Positions 16,840-27,660 are shown, counted from the first letter of the stretch. The stretch: 61,217 bases of DNA from an uncultured bacterium (GCA_965363725.1 CBDTUS010000002.1:1-61217); one strand, 5' to 3'. The notes: generated by a model from the letters alone, not told the origin. Translations and numbers: made by a program.

Positions 16840-17682
16840 CTAGTCGAACGCCCCTTCGTTCCGGGCCTCGAAATCGGTCAGATCCTTTTCGTGGCCCGGT
16901 TCTATATCCACGATGATCGACGGGCTGCCGTCGGCGAACATGACCTTGCGGTAACCCGCCGACACCTCCTCGAGATCGGCCGTATCCTTGCCGATCCTGG
17001 CCGTTCCCTCCAGCACGCACACGCAGGTGAAGCCGTCGCCCTTGTTGACCGCGATGGTGGTGCCGGTCAGTTCGATCCGCCCCTCGCTGGTCAGGATCAG
17101 CAGATGCTCGCCCGCAAAGTCGGGCCCGGTCTTCACCAGCAGTTCCCCGTTCGTGACGGTGGAGGTGAGCGTCGCATGGTTCCTGTCCGGACCCGTGGTC
17201 AGGGTGACGTCCGAATCGCGGATGATCCCAAAGACCATGACGTCGCCCAAGACGAGTTCCAGTTCCGCAGTGGCGGGCACCACGATGCGGGCTTCCGGAA
17301 CGATCAGTTCGGCGAGACGGTCGACGTCCGCGGCATCCACGGATTGGCCGTTGACCAGGATGGCCCCCGATCCCGTCACCGATTTGAGTTCCCAGGAAGG
17401 ATCGCCGCCGGTCAGCAACAGAAAGGCCAGAATGGCGGCCAGGACGGGAACTGCTGCGACCCACAGACGGCGGCGGTTTCCGCCCCGGTCCAACGGCACG
17501 ATGTTGTCGAGGGGTCCGCCATCGTCCCGGACGTCGATTTCACCGGCCATTTCCCCGGAGATGAATTCCGAGCGCAGCCTCTCCCGGAAGGCGTCATCGG
17601 GACGCACCTCATCGAGACCACGGAGAGCCTCCTGGAGCCGCCGCTCTTCCGGTGTCAGGTTCATGTCGTTACGCTCGCTCAT
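16840..17682 (-). CDS. Anti-sigma factor-like protein (single TM, FecR-like periplasmic domain)
   Basis: Start overlaps the sigma gene stop (4 nt). Cytoplasmic N-terminus, TM (LWVAAVPVLAAILAFLLL), beta-rich C-terminal domain. Confidence 0.55.
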   Translation of the reverse strand: MSERNDMNLTPEERRLQEALRGLDEVRPDDAFRERLRSEFISGEMAGEIDVRDDGGPLDNIVPLDRGGNRRRLWVAAVPVLAAILAFLLLTGGDPSWELKSVTGSGAILVNGQSVDAADVDRLAELIVPEARIVVPATAELELVLGDVMVFGIIRDSDVTLTTGPDRNHATLTSTVTNGELLVKTGPDFAGEHLLILTSEGRIELTGTTIAVNKGDGFTCVCVLEGTARIGKDTADLEEVSAGYRKVMFADGSPSIIVDIEPGHEKDLTDFEARNEGAFD

Positions 17683-18317
17683 ACCAATCCATCCGGTAAC
17701 AGTTCACGCAGTTTCAGCAACGCCCGGGAATATCGTTTGCGGATGGCGGGCGCTTCATCGCCGGTGATGCCGCTGATCTCCTCGTGGGTCAGACCCTGCA
17801 GGTCATGCAGGACGACCACCAGGCGCATCGCCTCGGGCAATTGGTCGATCGCCTCACCGAGCAATCGGTCCCGGTCCGCTTCCAGGACCCGGTTGTCGGG
17901 ATCGGCCGATCCGCTGGCCATACCCGCGGCCATCTCAGGCTTGGCGTCCAGCGAGCTGGTCTGCTTGGCCTGACGGCCTTCTCGCGACCGCCACTTTTCG
18001 CGGCACAGGTTCGCGGTGATGGTCATCAGCCAGGGGCCGGGATCCCGGGCGGTGTCGAGCTGGTGGGCGGCCCGGTGCACCCGCAGAAAAACCTCCTGGG
18101 TGACGTCTTCGGCCGCGGTTCTTTCGCCGAGCAGGCGGAAGGCCAGATTGTAGATCTGGCTGAAGTGATGGTCGAATAGGGCGGCCAGGGCCTGAGGGTC
18201 CCTCTGCCGGACTTTTTCCAGTACCGCAGCGCTCAGGGTCGAGCTGGGGCGAGGTCGCAGAGAGCCACCCGGCACACCGTCATCGCGGCGCGGCTTCGTG
18301 GAATCGCCCATGCTCAC
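17679..18317 (-). CDS. ECF-type RNA polymerase sigma-70 factor
   Basis: Region 2 (AEDVTQEVFLRVHRA...PWLMTITANLCREKWR) and region 4 (LPEAMRLVVVLHDLQGLTHEEISGITG...IRKRYSRALLKLR). Confidence 0.85.
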   Translation of the reverse strand: MSMGDSTKPRRDDGVPGGSLRPRPSSTLSAAVLEKVRQRDPQALAALFDHHFSQIYNLAFRLLGERTAAEDVTQEVFLRVHRAAHQLDTARDPGPWLMTITANLCREKWRSREGRQAKQTSSLDAKPEMAAGMASGSADPDNRVLEADRDRLLGEAIDQLPEAMRLVVVLHDLQGLTHEEISGITGDEAPAIRKRYSRALLKLRELLPDGLV

Positions 18318-18375
18318 CTCCCAACTCTACTAGTTTGGCGGGCCCCCGAGTGTGACTGCGGTCACCGCGTCGGAA

Positions 18376-21099
18376 TCAGGACTGGCCGCCGGCCACGACC
18401 TCGATTTCCCCGAGGTCCAGGGCCTTGAGATCCTCACCAATCACCGCCCAGTCTCCGACGATGACCCAGACCACCTTGTCCGGATCGATGGTGCCCGCGA
18501 TCACTTCCGCCAGGGCCTCGCCGGTCAGGTCGGTCACCCTTTGCTCGAAGGTCCCCCAATCATCCAAAGGCAGATCATTGAGCAGCAGGCCGCCCAGGCT
18601 GCCCGCCACCCCCCCGAAGGTCTGGAACTCCTGGGGAAAACCCATGATCAGGCGGTTCCTGCTGTCGATGATTTCCGTGTCGGACAGGGGCCGCGCACCG
18701 CGAATGTCGGACATCTCGCCGATCAGTTCCTCGATGGAGGGCCTGGTCGCGGGAGTCTCCACCGGCGCGGATATCAGGAAAATTCCCCCGTCCCGGAAGC
18801 TGACCATCTGGGACCGCACCCCGTAGGTGTATCCCTTGTCCTCGCGTAGATTCAGGTTGATCCGGGAGGCGAACTGGCCGCCGAAGGCCGTATTGGCTAC
18901 CACGAAGGCCTGGTAGGCCGGATCCTTGCGCGACAGCCCGACGTAACCGCCCACGATATAGCTCTGTTCGGCCCCCGGTTTGTCGATCACGACGACGCGG
19001 GGCCCCTCGTAGGCACCGATGTCCGGAACCTCGGGAGCCGGCGACGTGCCCGCGGCCCAGCCCCCGAACGCCTTCTTCACCGCGGTGACTGCCTGGTCCA
19101 GATCCAGGTCGCCCACCACCACCACCGCGGCGTTGCCGGGGTGGAAATAGGTGGCGTGGAAATCCGCGAGGTCGTCCCGGGTCAGGGCGGCCAGGGATTC
19201 CTTCGTGCCCGACCCCGAAAACGGCTGGGCATAGGGATGGCCTTCTCCAAAGATCCTTTTCTGGAATTCCTTGATGGCCTGCTGCTGGGGCTGCCGCGAT
19301 TCCTGCTGCTGGCGGCCCAGGTAGTTCTGCCGGACGCGTTCGAACTCCGCCTCCGGGAAGGTGGGTTCCAAAGCGACGGTGCTCATCAGGTCCAGGCCCG
19401 GACCCAGCTGGCTTTTCAGGACGTTGAGGGACACCAAGGACCCGTCGAAGAAACTGCCGGTCGTCAACCGGGCGCCGATGGCGTCGACCTTTTCCGATAT
19501 TTCCAGGGCGTCCAGGGACCCGGCCCCCTCGTCGAGCAGATTCGCGGTCAGAGCGGCCGTCCCGGGCTTGTCGGCCGGATCGGAGGCCCAGCCCCGCATG
19601 ACGTTGAGCCGGACTTCAACCAGGGGCAGCTCATGCTTTTCGACCAGATAAATTTGGAGCCCGTTGTCCAGGGTGGCGGATTGGATGACCGGCGGCGTGA
19701 AGCTCATCTCCCCCGTGCTGCCCGGCAATTCGCCACGATCGACGGCAACCTCCGCTGCCTTCAGCGAACCCTGGGGCACGATGTGCAGCACCGCGCGGCG
19801 TTCAAGATCGAGATAACGCTGGGCGTAGTCGTCGATCGATTTTTCGTTGGCCACCCGGTACCGCTCGAGGTCCTGCTTCAGGTAGCCGGGATTCCCGGTG
19901 TAGACGTTGTAACGGTTCAACCGGTCGGCCTTGCCACGGAAGCCTCCCACCCGCTGCAGGGCGCGCACGAAGCCCGCCTCATAGCTGGTCCGGGCCAGAT
20001 CCACTTCCTTCCTGGTCACGCCCTTTTTCAGGACCAAGTTCAACTCGTGATCGATGACTTCCTCCAGTTCCGCCAGGTCATGGCCGGGCGCGGCGGTGGC
20101 GGTGATGCTGAACACGCCGCTCAACTCGCGCGAAGACTGGTTGACCCGTACGTCCTGGGCGATCTGCAGGTCGTAGACCAGGGTCTGGTACAGGCGGGAG
20201 GTCTTGCCCGACCCGAGGATGGTGGACAGCAGGTCGAATTCCGCATCGCCCGGCTGATACCAGCCCGGGGTATGCCACTGCATGTACAGGCGGGGAAGCT
20301 CCACCTCGTCTTCGGCCAGGGCGCGGCGCTCGCCGTCCAGGGAGGGAATCCATCCCGTCAACCGATCCACCGGCCGGCCTGGGGGAATGGTGCCGAAGTA
20401 CTCCTCGATCCATGTCTTTACCTCGGCGGAATCGAAGTCGCCGGCCACCACCAGCGAGGCGTTGTTGGGCGCGTAGTACAGCTTGAAGAAATCCGACACG
20501 TCTTCCTTCGAGGCGGCCGACAGGTCGTCCATGCTTCCGATCACCGTCCAGCGGTAGGGATGTCCTTCGGGGAACATCAACTCCAGCAGCAGCTGGCGGG
20601 CCTTGGCGTAGGGTCGGTTCTCACTCTGACGTTTTTCGTTCTTCACCACGTCGCGCTGGTTGTCGAGCTTCTCCTGGGTCATAGCCGGAACCAGATATCC
20701 CATGCGGTCGGACTCCAGAAACAGCGCCATCTTCAACTGGTCCGACGGCACGTTCTCCCAGTAGTTCGTGCGGTCCTTGTTCGTCGATCCGTTGACCTGG
20801 GCACCGATTTTCTGCAGGGGCAGGAAGTAGTCGGTATCGTGGTTCTCCGAGCCCTGGAACATCATGTGTTCGAACAGATGGGCGAAACCCGTGCGGCCCG
20901 GTTTCTCATTCTTGCTGCCCACGTGGTACCACACGTTGACCGAAGCCATGGGAATGTTGTGATCCTCGTGCAGGATGACCTGCAGCCCGTTTTCGAGAGT
21001 GTACTTCTCGAACGCGATTTCGGGAACGTCCTGGGCCGTTGCGAAACCGGCCGCAAGGAGAAGGATCGTGCCAAGGGTCCAGATTTTCGGAGCTGACAT
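18376..21099 (-). CDS. Secreted M16 (pitrilysin) family zinc peptidase, double-module ~907 aa
   Basis: Track ORF 18376..21711 trimmed to MSAPKIWTLGTILLLAAGFATAQ (aa 205, GGAGG RBS). HxxEH zinc motif HLFEHMMFQGS. A second inactive-type M16 half follows. Confidence 0.9.
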   Translation of the reverse strand: MSAPKIWTLGTILLLAAGFATAQDVPEIAFEKYTLENGLQVILHEDHNIPMASVNVWYHVGSKNEKPGRTGFAHLFEHMMFQGSENHDTDYFLPLQKIGAQVNGSTNKDRTNYWENVPSDQLKMALFLESDRMGYLVPAMTQEKLDNQRDVVKNEKRQSENRPYAKARQLLLELMFPEGHPYRWTVIGSMDDLSAASKEDVSDFFKLYYAPNNASLVVAGDFDSAEVKTWIEEYFGTIPPGRPVDRLTGWIPSLDGERRALAEDEVELPRLYMQWHTPGWYQPGDAEFDLLSTILGSGKTSRLYQTLVYDLQIAQDVRVNQSSRELSGVFSITATAAPGHDLAELEEVIDHELNLVLKKGVTRKEVDLARTSYEAGFVRALQRVGGFRGKADRLNRYNVYTGNPGYLKQDLERYRVANEKSIDDYAQRYLDLERRAVLHIVPQGSLKAAEVAVDRGELPGSTGEMSFTPPVIQSATLDNGLQIYLVEKHELPLVEVRLNVMRGWASDPADKPGTAALTANLLDEGAGSLDALEISEKVDAIGARLTTGSFFDGSLVSLNVLKSQLGPGLDLMSTVALEPTFPEAEFERVRQNYLGRQQQESRQPQQQAIKEFQKRIFGEGHPYAQPFSGSGTKESLAALTRDDLADFHATYFHPGNAAVVVVGDLDLDQAVTAVKKAFGGWAAGTSPAPEVPDIGAYEGPRVVVIDKPGAEQSYIVGGYVGLSRKDPAYQAFVVANTAFGGQFASRINLNLREDKGYTYGVRSQMVSFRDGGIFLISAPVETPATRPSIEELIGEMSDIRGARPLSDTEIIDSRNRLIMGFPQEFQTFGGVAGSLGGLLLNDLPLDDWGTFEQRVTDLTGEALAEVIAGTIDPDKVVWVIVGDWAVIGEDLKALDLGEIEVVAGGQS

Positions 21100-21291
21100 G
21101 GAGGGCCTCCTGGAAAAACCGCGCGGGCATCGAGGGGAAGAAGGAAATGGACAAACATTTCTACGCTGCAACTTAACACACGGTTTCGGAGGCGAGCGAG
21201 AAAAAGAGAAATTGGGTGAGATGGGCAGCAGGTGGTGTTTTACACGGGGATATCTGATATGATCTCTGCCCCACAACGCGGAGGATAACCG

Positions 21292-21837
21292 ATGGTCCGC
21301 TACACCTTGCTCAGAACCGTGCTCGACCCCATGCTGGCCGTATCCGGCCCCGGCGGCCTGGCCCGCCTCGAGTTCCTGCCCAAGGCCTGGGAGTACCACA
21401 TCCGCGCCCACGCCATCTCCCGCGAACTCTACCCCGAAGAGAAGAAGATCAAGGAAGTCCCCCGCTTCTTCGAGGAACTTCACACCCAGCTGGCCGAATA
21501 CTTCGTCGGGCGCCGCAGCGACTTCACCATCGACCTGCATCTGGTGGGGTCCGATTTCCAGGTCAAGGTTTGGACCCAGCTGTTGAAGATCCCCTACGGC
21601 AAGCTGCGTTCCTACGGCCAGGTCGCCCGCTCGATGCGCAAGCCCACCGCCTTCCGCGCCGTGGGTCAGGCGGCTGGGCACAATCCCCTGCCCATTCTGG
21701 TGCCCTGCCATCGCGTGGTCGGCAAGGGGGGCTCCCTGGTGGGGTTCGCCGGCGGCATCACCACCAAGGCCCGGTTGCTGCGGCTAGAGGGACATACGCT
21801 CGACGCTGAACATATCGAGGCACCTCGGCTTTTCTAA
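21292..21837 (+). CDS. ogt: Methylated-DNA--protein-cysteine methyltransferase
   Basis: FQVKVWTQLLKIPYGKLRSYGQVA...NPLPILVPCHRVVGKGGSLVGFAGG contains the PCHRV active site. Confidence 0.9.
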   Translation: MVRYTLLRTVLDPMLAVSGPGGLARLEFLPKAWEYHIRAHAISRELYPEEKKIKEVPRFFEELHTQLAEYFVGRRSDFTIDLHLVGSDFQVKVWTQLLKIPYGKLRSYGQVARSMRKPTAFRAVGQAAGHNPLPILVPCHRVVGKGGSLVGFAGGITTKARLLRLEGHTLDAEHIEAPRLF

Positions 21838-21960
21838 TATACTGCAAAATCTTTAGTTAAAAGACTTTATGGCTTAATTCCTAGTTTTATGATAGGATTT
21901 ATATATTGAGTCTGCCGGTCTTCATTCCCGGCGGCTATTCTCCGTGCGAGGGAGGCCCCA

Positions 21961-22689
21961 ATGAAACGCTCCATCCAATCCCTGGTTCTTGTTTTCCTGT
22001 TGAGCTTCACCCCTGCCCTGGCCCAGGTCAGTCCGGTGACCATCATAGATCCCATGCCCAACATCACGGCAATCCTCGGCTCGGCCCAGATGGACGGGGA
22101 TCCCGCGGAAGAAATCGCTCTCGTCTATTCCGACCAGCGGCTAATGATCGTCGATTCCTCCACCGGCGCCGTGGAATTCGACAGCGACCCCTACGGGTGG
22201 TCCTACGTCTATCCGCCCGGGTACAACCTGAGTTACAATCCCGACCAGTTGGCCGGACACAACTTCGGCTTCGACGTTTTTGTCGATGAGGACGGTGACG
22301 GCATCTTCTGCCTGATGTCCTTGATCAGCACCGGGGTGATCTACGAGCGGCAATTGGCGATCATCTGTGTGACCGAACAGCCCACGTCCGCTCCTGAGGA
22401 TCTACCCCAGCAGAGATCAGAAATGGACCAGAACTATCCCAATCCCTTCAATCCCACGACCACGATCGACTTTCACCTGGCCTCCGCGGGCAAGACGGTG
22501 ATGAAGATTTTCGATGTTCGGGGAAATCTGGTCCGGACCCTGCTGAATGAACCCATTCCGGCCGGATCCCATTCGATCGCCTGGGACGGCTCCGACAACT
22601 CAGGGCGCCAGGTTGCCAGCGGGACCTATTTCTATCAGCTGGAGACCAACGGCCGGGTGATGACGAAAAAGTCGCTTCTGGTCAAGTAG
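21961..22689 (+). CDS. Secreted hypothetical protein with T9SS-type C-terminal sorting domain
   Basis: Signal peptide MKRSIQSLVLVFLLSFTPALAQV. The last ~80 aa are NYPNPFNPTTTIDFHLASAGKTVMKIFDVRGNLVRTLL...GTYFYQLETNGRVMTKKSLLVK. The N-terminal ~150 aa have no recognised family. Confidence 0.7.
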   Translation: MKRSIQSLVLVFLLSFTPALAQVSPVTIIDPMPNITAILGSAQMDGDPAEEIALVYSDQRLMIVDSSTGAVEFDSDPYGWSYVYPPGYNLSYNPDQLAGHNFGFDVFVDEDGDGIFCLMSLISTGVIYERQLAIICVTEQPTSAPEDLPQQRSEMDQNYPNPFNPTTTIDFHLASAGKTVMKIFDVRGNLVRTLLNEPIPAGSHSIAWDGSDNSGRQVASGTYFYQLETNGRVMTKKSLLVK

Positions 22690-22740
22690 GACCCGAAACT
22701 GCTTGAATTGGGTGGGGTCATGACGTTCTCTTGATCGATC

Positions 22741-24786
22741 ATGACACCACTGGACTGGACCATCACCTTCGGCATGTACGCCCTCATCGTGGGCTCGGTA
22801 ATCTTCACCAAGCGCTACATGCGCGGCGTGGCCGACTACCTGGCTGCCGGCCGCTCGGCCGGTCGGTACCTGCTGACCATCTCGGCGGGCATCGCCGGAC
22901 TGGGCGCCATCACCGTCGTGGCCAATCTCGAAATGGGTTACCAGGCGGGCTTCGCCTTGAGCTGGTGGGGCCTGAGCATGGCCCTGGTGCAGATGGTCGT
23001 GACCATCAGCGGCTGGGTGAACTACCGCTTCCGCCGCACCCGCGCCCTGACCCTGGCCGAGTTCTTCGAGCGCCGTTACAGCCGCCGGTTCCGCATCTTC
23101 GCCGGTTCCGTGGCCTTTGGCGCGGGACTGATCAACTTCGGCATCTTCCCCTCGGTCGGCGCCCGGTTCTTCATCCACTACCTGGGGTTGCCGGAAACCT
23201 GGCACCTCGGCCCGTTGGCCCTGCCGGTCTTTCCCTCCCTGATGGCGGTTCTTCTGACCACGGCGGTCTACTTCGTGTTCGTCGGCGGCCAGGTTTCGGT
23301 GATGATCACCGACTTCATCCAGGGCGCCTTCGCCAATCTGGTGTTCCTGGTCCTGGCGGTCTACCTGCTGCTTCTGGTGGGCTGGAGCGATGTGGGCGAG
23401 GTCCTGTCCCAAACGCCGGTCGGGCATTCCAAGATCAACCCCTTCGACACCGGGTACGTGGCGGACTTCAACTTCACCTATTTCCTGATCGGCGTGGTCG
23501 GATTGATGTACGGCGCCATGTCCTGGCAGGGAACACAGGCCTACAACAGCTCCGCCCGCACCGCCCATGAGGGCAAGATGGGCGGCGTGCTCGGCCTGTG
23601 GCGCGGACGCTCCCAGGACGTTTTCATGACCCTGGTGCCGATCCTGGTTTTTACCGTCATGCGCCATCCCGACTGGCTCGACTTCGCCACCCGAATCAAC
23701 ACCGATCTGGACACCATCGGCAATGAAGCGGTGCGCAATCAGATGCGCGCCCCTCTGGTGCTGGCCGCACTGTTGCCCGCCGGCCTGCTGGGCGCTTTCG
23801 CCGCCCTGATGGTCGGCGCCTTCATCAGCACCCATAACACCTACCTGCATTCGTGGAGCAGCATCTTCATCCAGGACGTGGTGATGCCCTTCCGCCGCAC
23901 GCCCCTGTCCCCGAAAACCCACCTGCGGCTGTTGCGCGGCGGTGTGGTGTGCGTGGCGCTCTTCATCTTCCTGTTCAGCCTGTTCTACAAACAGAGCCAG
24001 GCCATCCTGCTGTTCTTCGCCCTGACGGGCGCCATTTTCGCCGGCTGGTCGGGCGCCGTGGTCATCGGCGGGCTCTACACGCGCTGGGGCACCACGGCGG
24101 CCGCTTGGTCCGCGAGTATCGCCGGGGTCACCCTCACGTTGACCGGACTGTTCCTGGAACAGTCGCAAAGATCCTGGAACAACGCCGGGGTGGCCTTCTG
24201 GGGCATGTTCGATTTCCTGGGACCGGACAACGCCGCCCGGGCCGCGGCCTGGGTCAGCGAGTACCTGCCCAACGGCCAGGAAGTATGGGGTTGGGCCATG
24301 TGGTCCTGCAGCGGGATCTACATCGCCGTTTCCCTCATGCAGAAAGCCAGGGGCTACCCGGCCTTCGATCTGGACCGCCTGCTGCATCGCGGGAAATACG
24401 AACTGCCGGGCGAAATCGAAACCGGGACTGGAACCACGAGTCGCGGTTGGCGAGCCCTGGGCGTCACGGCGGAGTTCGGCCGGCGCGATAAGATCCTCTA
24501 CCTGTTGACCTGGGGCTGGAACGTCGGGTGGGTACTGATTTTCGCGACCGCGACCGTCTTTTTCCTCACCCGCGAAATCGAACAGGGCGACTGGTCACGC
24601 TACGACTCCTGGTGGCTCGGTTTCTGGCACACCAAGATCTGGATCGAACTGGCCGTGGCGGTGGTGGTGATCGTGTGGTTCACCATCGGTGGCGTGCGGG
24701 ACGTGAAGGCCCTGCTGCAGACCCTGGCGCAAAAAGATCGGGATGACGCGGACGACGGTTTCGTGGCCCGCGACATCCCGGATTGA
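22741..24786 (+). CDS. Sodium:solute symporter (SSF) family transporter
   Basis: 681 aa, ~14 hydrophobic helices, SSF-like N-terminal blocks (YLAAGRSAGRYLLTISAGIAGLGAITVV). Confidence 0.75.
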   Translation: MTPLDWTITFGMYALIVGSVIFTKRYMRGVADYLAAGRSAGRYLLTISAGIAGLGAITVVANLEMGYQAGFALSWWGLSMALVQMVVTISGWVNYRFRRTRALTLAEFFERRYSRRFRIFAGSVAFGAGLINFGIFPSVGARFFIHYLGLPETWHLGPLALPVFPSLMAVLLTTAVYFVFVGGQVSVMITDFIQGAFANLVFLVLAVYLLLLVGWSDVGEVLSQTPVGHSKINPFDTGYVADFNFTYFLIGVVGLMYGAMSWQGTQAYNSSARTAHEGKMGGVLGLWRGRSQDVFMTLVPILVFTVMRHPDWLDFATRINTDLDTIGNEAVRNQMRAPLVLAALLPAGLLGAFAALMVGAFISTHNTYLHSWSSIFIQDVVMPFRRTPLSPKTHLRLLRGGVVCVALFIFLFSLFYKQSQAILLFFALTGAIFAGWSGAVVIGGLYTRWGTTAAAWSASIAGVTLTLTGLFLEQSQRSWNNAGVAFWGMFDFLGPDNAARAAAWVSEYLPNGQEVWGWAMWSCSGIYIAVSLMQKARGYPAFDLDRLLHRGKYELPGEIETGTGTTSRGWRALGVTAEFGRRDKILYLLTWGWNVGWVLIFATATVFFLTREIEQGDWSRYDSWWLGFWHTKIWIELAVAVVVIVWFTIGGVRDVKALLQTLAQKDRDDADDGFVARDIPD

Positions 24787-24803
24787 CCCTGCAGGAAGCG
24801 AGG

Positions 24804-25331
24804 TCAGACTCCCCACAGGCTCATCGTATTAACCGGCCGGTCCATCAGCTTCAGGTAGTAGAAAAGCTGGGCCTTGTGGATGCCCAGATGGTTCACCATT
24901 TCCACCATGTGCTTGCCCAGAACCTTGGAGACGCCTTTTTCCCAGGGCGCTTCCACCGACCGCGAATCCAGATCTTCTTCGCCTGACTGGGCCACCATGG
25001 CCAGGGCTGTTTTCTTGTCGGCCGCCAGGGCTTCGCGGGCCTGCGCCACGGAATCGACCGTCGGCAGCTTTTCCGCCGGGGGCATCATATCCTCCTTGGG
25101 CATGTCATCGAAACTGACGCCGTCCGGCAGGCCCCAGTCGCCGGTGGCGAATCCCTTGCAGCACATGCCGCACGCGTTGGTCAGGTGCATCAGCAGCTGG
25201 CCGGTCGTCATCCAGTTGTCGCCCGTGGCGGGTTTCCAGGCCAGATCGTCGTCCTTCACCATGGCCATCAGGTTGTCGGTAACGGCGTAGGTCTCTTCTA
25301 TCTGCGCAGTGATCAATTCCGTCCAGTTCAT
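24804..25331 (-). CDS. DinB-superfamily protein
   Basis: 175 aa four-helix pattern, LAWKPATGDNWMTTGQLLMHL...MVNHLGIHKAQLFYYLK. Confidence 0.6.
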   Translation of the reverse strand: MNWTELITAQIEETYAVTDNLMAMVKDDDLAWKPATGDNWMTTGQLLMHLTNACGMCCKGFATGDWGLPDGVSFDDMPKEDMMPPAEKLPTVDSVAQAREALAADKKTALAMVAQSGEEDLDSRSVEAPWEKGVSKVLGKHMVEMVNHLGIHKAQLFYYLKLMDRPVNTMSLWGV

Positions 25332-25478
25332 GGTCCAATCTCCTCGAAAAACGTCTCATCGGGGTTAATCAGGATACCCTAGCATAACCGATAGCGAAAA
25401 AAAAGCGAAAGTTCTGGTTTTTTGCCGATTTTCTTTTCCCCGCCGGCCTTTGTCCAGCCCGCGGCGGACCCGCCCCAC

Positions 25479-25507
25479 TTGACTCCAATCCCTCAAAAGG
25501 GTAATTT
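25479..25507 (+). promoter_or_regulatory. Sigma70-like promoter for the FGE-family gene
   Basis: TTGACT (25479..25484), 17 nt spacer, TAATTT (25502..25507), ~50 nt upstream of ATG 25558. Confidence 0.4.
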
Positions 25508-25557
25508 TTTGGGGTTGCACGCTATTTCGGTCAGGTACAACCGGATGGAGTTTTTTG

Positions 25558-26961
25558 ATGTCACCTTACAGGGGTCCATTGAGCACGCTTATCGCCGCCG
25601 GCGCGGTGCTGATACTGCTGGTCTGCCTATTCGGCTGCGGCAGCGAAGACCTGTCTACCCCTCCCGAGGCGGGGGTCGGCACCATCGAAATCCAGATGCC
25701 CAGCGAAACCGCGGGCGCCACCTGGCATCTCTACGGACCGGGCGATTCCTTCGATCACGGCGACACCGACCTGGTCCTGGAGGACATGCCTTCGGGCCAG
25801 TACACCATCATCTGGACGGCCGTCAAGAACTGGACCGGTCCCCTTCCCGCCCGGCAAACCCTGGCCAAGGGCGGCACTCTCATCCTGAGCGGCGCCTACC
25901 AGGACAAGGCCCCCGGGTCCAATTTTGTCAGGCTGGAGTCGGCCGATTTCATCATGGGCAGCGATGACGGATCCCGTAGATACGCCTTCGAACGTGACAC
26001 CACCATCACCCGGATCGTAGATGGAAGCGAGGTCACGATCGACACCACGGTCGTCGACACCCTTACCTACCCCGCGGAACTGACCCGGGAGCCTGACGAG
26101 GATCGTCACCGGGTTCAGATCAGCTACCCCCACTTCCTGGGCAAGACCGAGATCACCAACCAGGAATTCGTCGAGCTCGGCAACTGGGCCCTGGCCAACG
26201 ACCACGCCACGGCGACGGAATCCTCCCTGCTGGACGCCCTGGACGGTTCCACCGAGGAATTGATCAACTTCGACTTCGACGATACCCCGATCGACATCCA
26301 GGAAGGAACCCTCCGGCTCAAGAAACCCGAGTTCGCTTCCCGTCCCCTGATCGAGGTGACCTGGTACGGAGCCGCCTCCTATTGCGACTGGCTCAGCCTG
26401 CAGGAGGGCGTCGACCGGGCCTACGACCACAGTACCTGGGACCTGGTTTCTCCCAACTACCGCCTGCCGACTGAAGCGGAATGGGAAAACGCCTGCCGCG
26501 CGGGAACCCAGACCGCCTTTTCGAGTGGCGAGATCCAGACCGGAAGCTGCGCCGAACCCGCCCTGGACGCTGCCGGCTGGTTCTGCGGCAATGCCGGCGG
26601 ATCCTCCCATGATGTCGGGACCAAAGCCGCCAATGCCTGGGAATTTTTCGACATGCACGGCAACGTCTGGGAATGGTGCCACGATAATTACGCGGCGTAC
26701 GAGATTCCCGCTATTCCCGATGATCCCGACAGTCCGGATCCGTTCAATCCTCGCCCCCTCCTGTTCTACGAGGACGAGGATCTGGTCCCCATGGAGGATC
26801 CCTTTGGACCTGACATGGGTGCAAACCGGGTCATTCGCAGCGGCAGGTGGCTCCTGGCCTCTTCGCTGTGCCGTTCCGCCGGCCGGATGATGGGGGTCCC
26901 CGAATCCCGTGGCTTCCACATCGGGTTCCGGGTCGCTTACCAGGAAGAAGTCGCTCCCTAG
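25558..26961 (+). CDS. Formylglycine-generating-enzyme (SUMF1/FGE) family lipoprotein
   Basis: Lipobox LVCLFGCGS. RLPTEAEWENACRAGTQTAF, GNVWEWCHDNY, RVIRSGRW and FHIGFRVAY are FGE-sulfatase domain blocks. Confidence 0.85.
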   Translation: MSPYRGPLSTLIAAGAVLILLVCLFGCGSEDLSTPPEAGVGTIEIQMPSETAGATWHLYGPGDSFDHGDTDLVLEDMPSGQYTIIWTAVKNWTGPLPARQTLAKGGTLILSGAYQDKAPGSNFVRLESADFIMGSDDGSRRYAFERDTTITRIVDGSEVTIDTTVVDTLTYPAELTREPDEDRHRVQISYPHFLGKTEITNQEFVELGNWALANDHATATESSLLDALDGSTEELINFDFDDTPIDIQEGTLRLKKPEFASRPLIEVTWYGAASYCDWLSLQEGVDRAYDHSTWDLVSPNYRLPTEAEWENACRAGTQTAFSSGEIQTGSCAEPALDAAGWFCGNAGGSSHDVGTKAANAWEFFDMHGNVWEWCHDNYAAYEIPAIPDDPDSPDPFNPRPLLFYEDEDLVPMEDPFGPDMGANRVIRSGRWLLASSLCRSAGRMMGVPESRGFHIGFRVAYQEEVAP

Positions 26962-26983
26962 GCTTCGGTGGTTCAGACATGCC

Positions 26984-27014
26984 AAAGGGCCGCCATAGGA
27001 TTGGCGGCCCTTTT
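26984..27014. terminator. Bidirectional intrinsic terminator (FGE gene / msrA convergent)
   Basis: AAAGGGCCGCC-ATAGGATT-GGCGGCCCTTTT. Confidence 0.75.
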
Positions 27015-27045
27015 GCGTGAGGGGCATTCGGCTAGATCTAACGGA

Positions 27046-27660
<615 letters not shown>

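Noticed and set aside
19141-21096. 651-aa + strand ORF
   Set aside because: Antisense shadow of the M16 peptidase gene (HxxEH and full-length homology pattern on the - strand).
6489-21860. Recurring TAGTTAA-like words in AT-rich upstream regions (6489, 6584, 21853) as a shared regulator site
   Set aside because: The words are short and AT-rich, only three occurrences were seen, and no consistent spacing or dyad symmetry links the sites. This is likely compositional coincidence.
22600-24387. 595-aa - strand ORF
   Set aside because: Antisense shadow of the SSF transporter. Composition is typical of a GC-rich wrong frame.
25627-27027. 466-aa - strand ORF
   Set aside because: Antisense shadow of the FGE-family gene. 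It also runs through the bidirectional terminator at 26984-27014.
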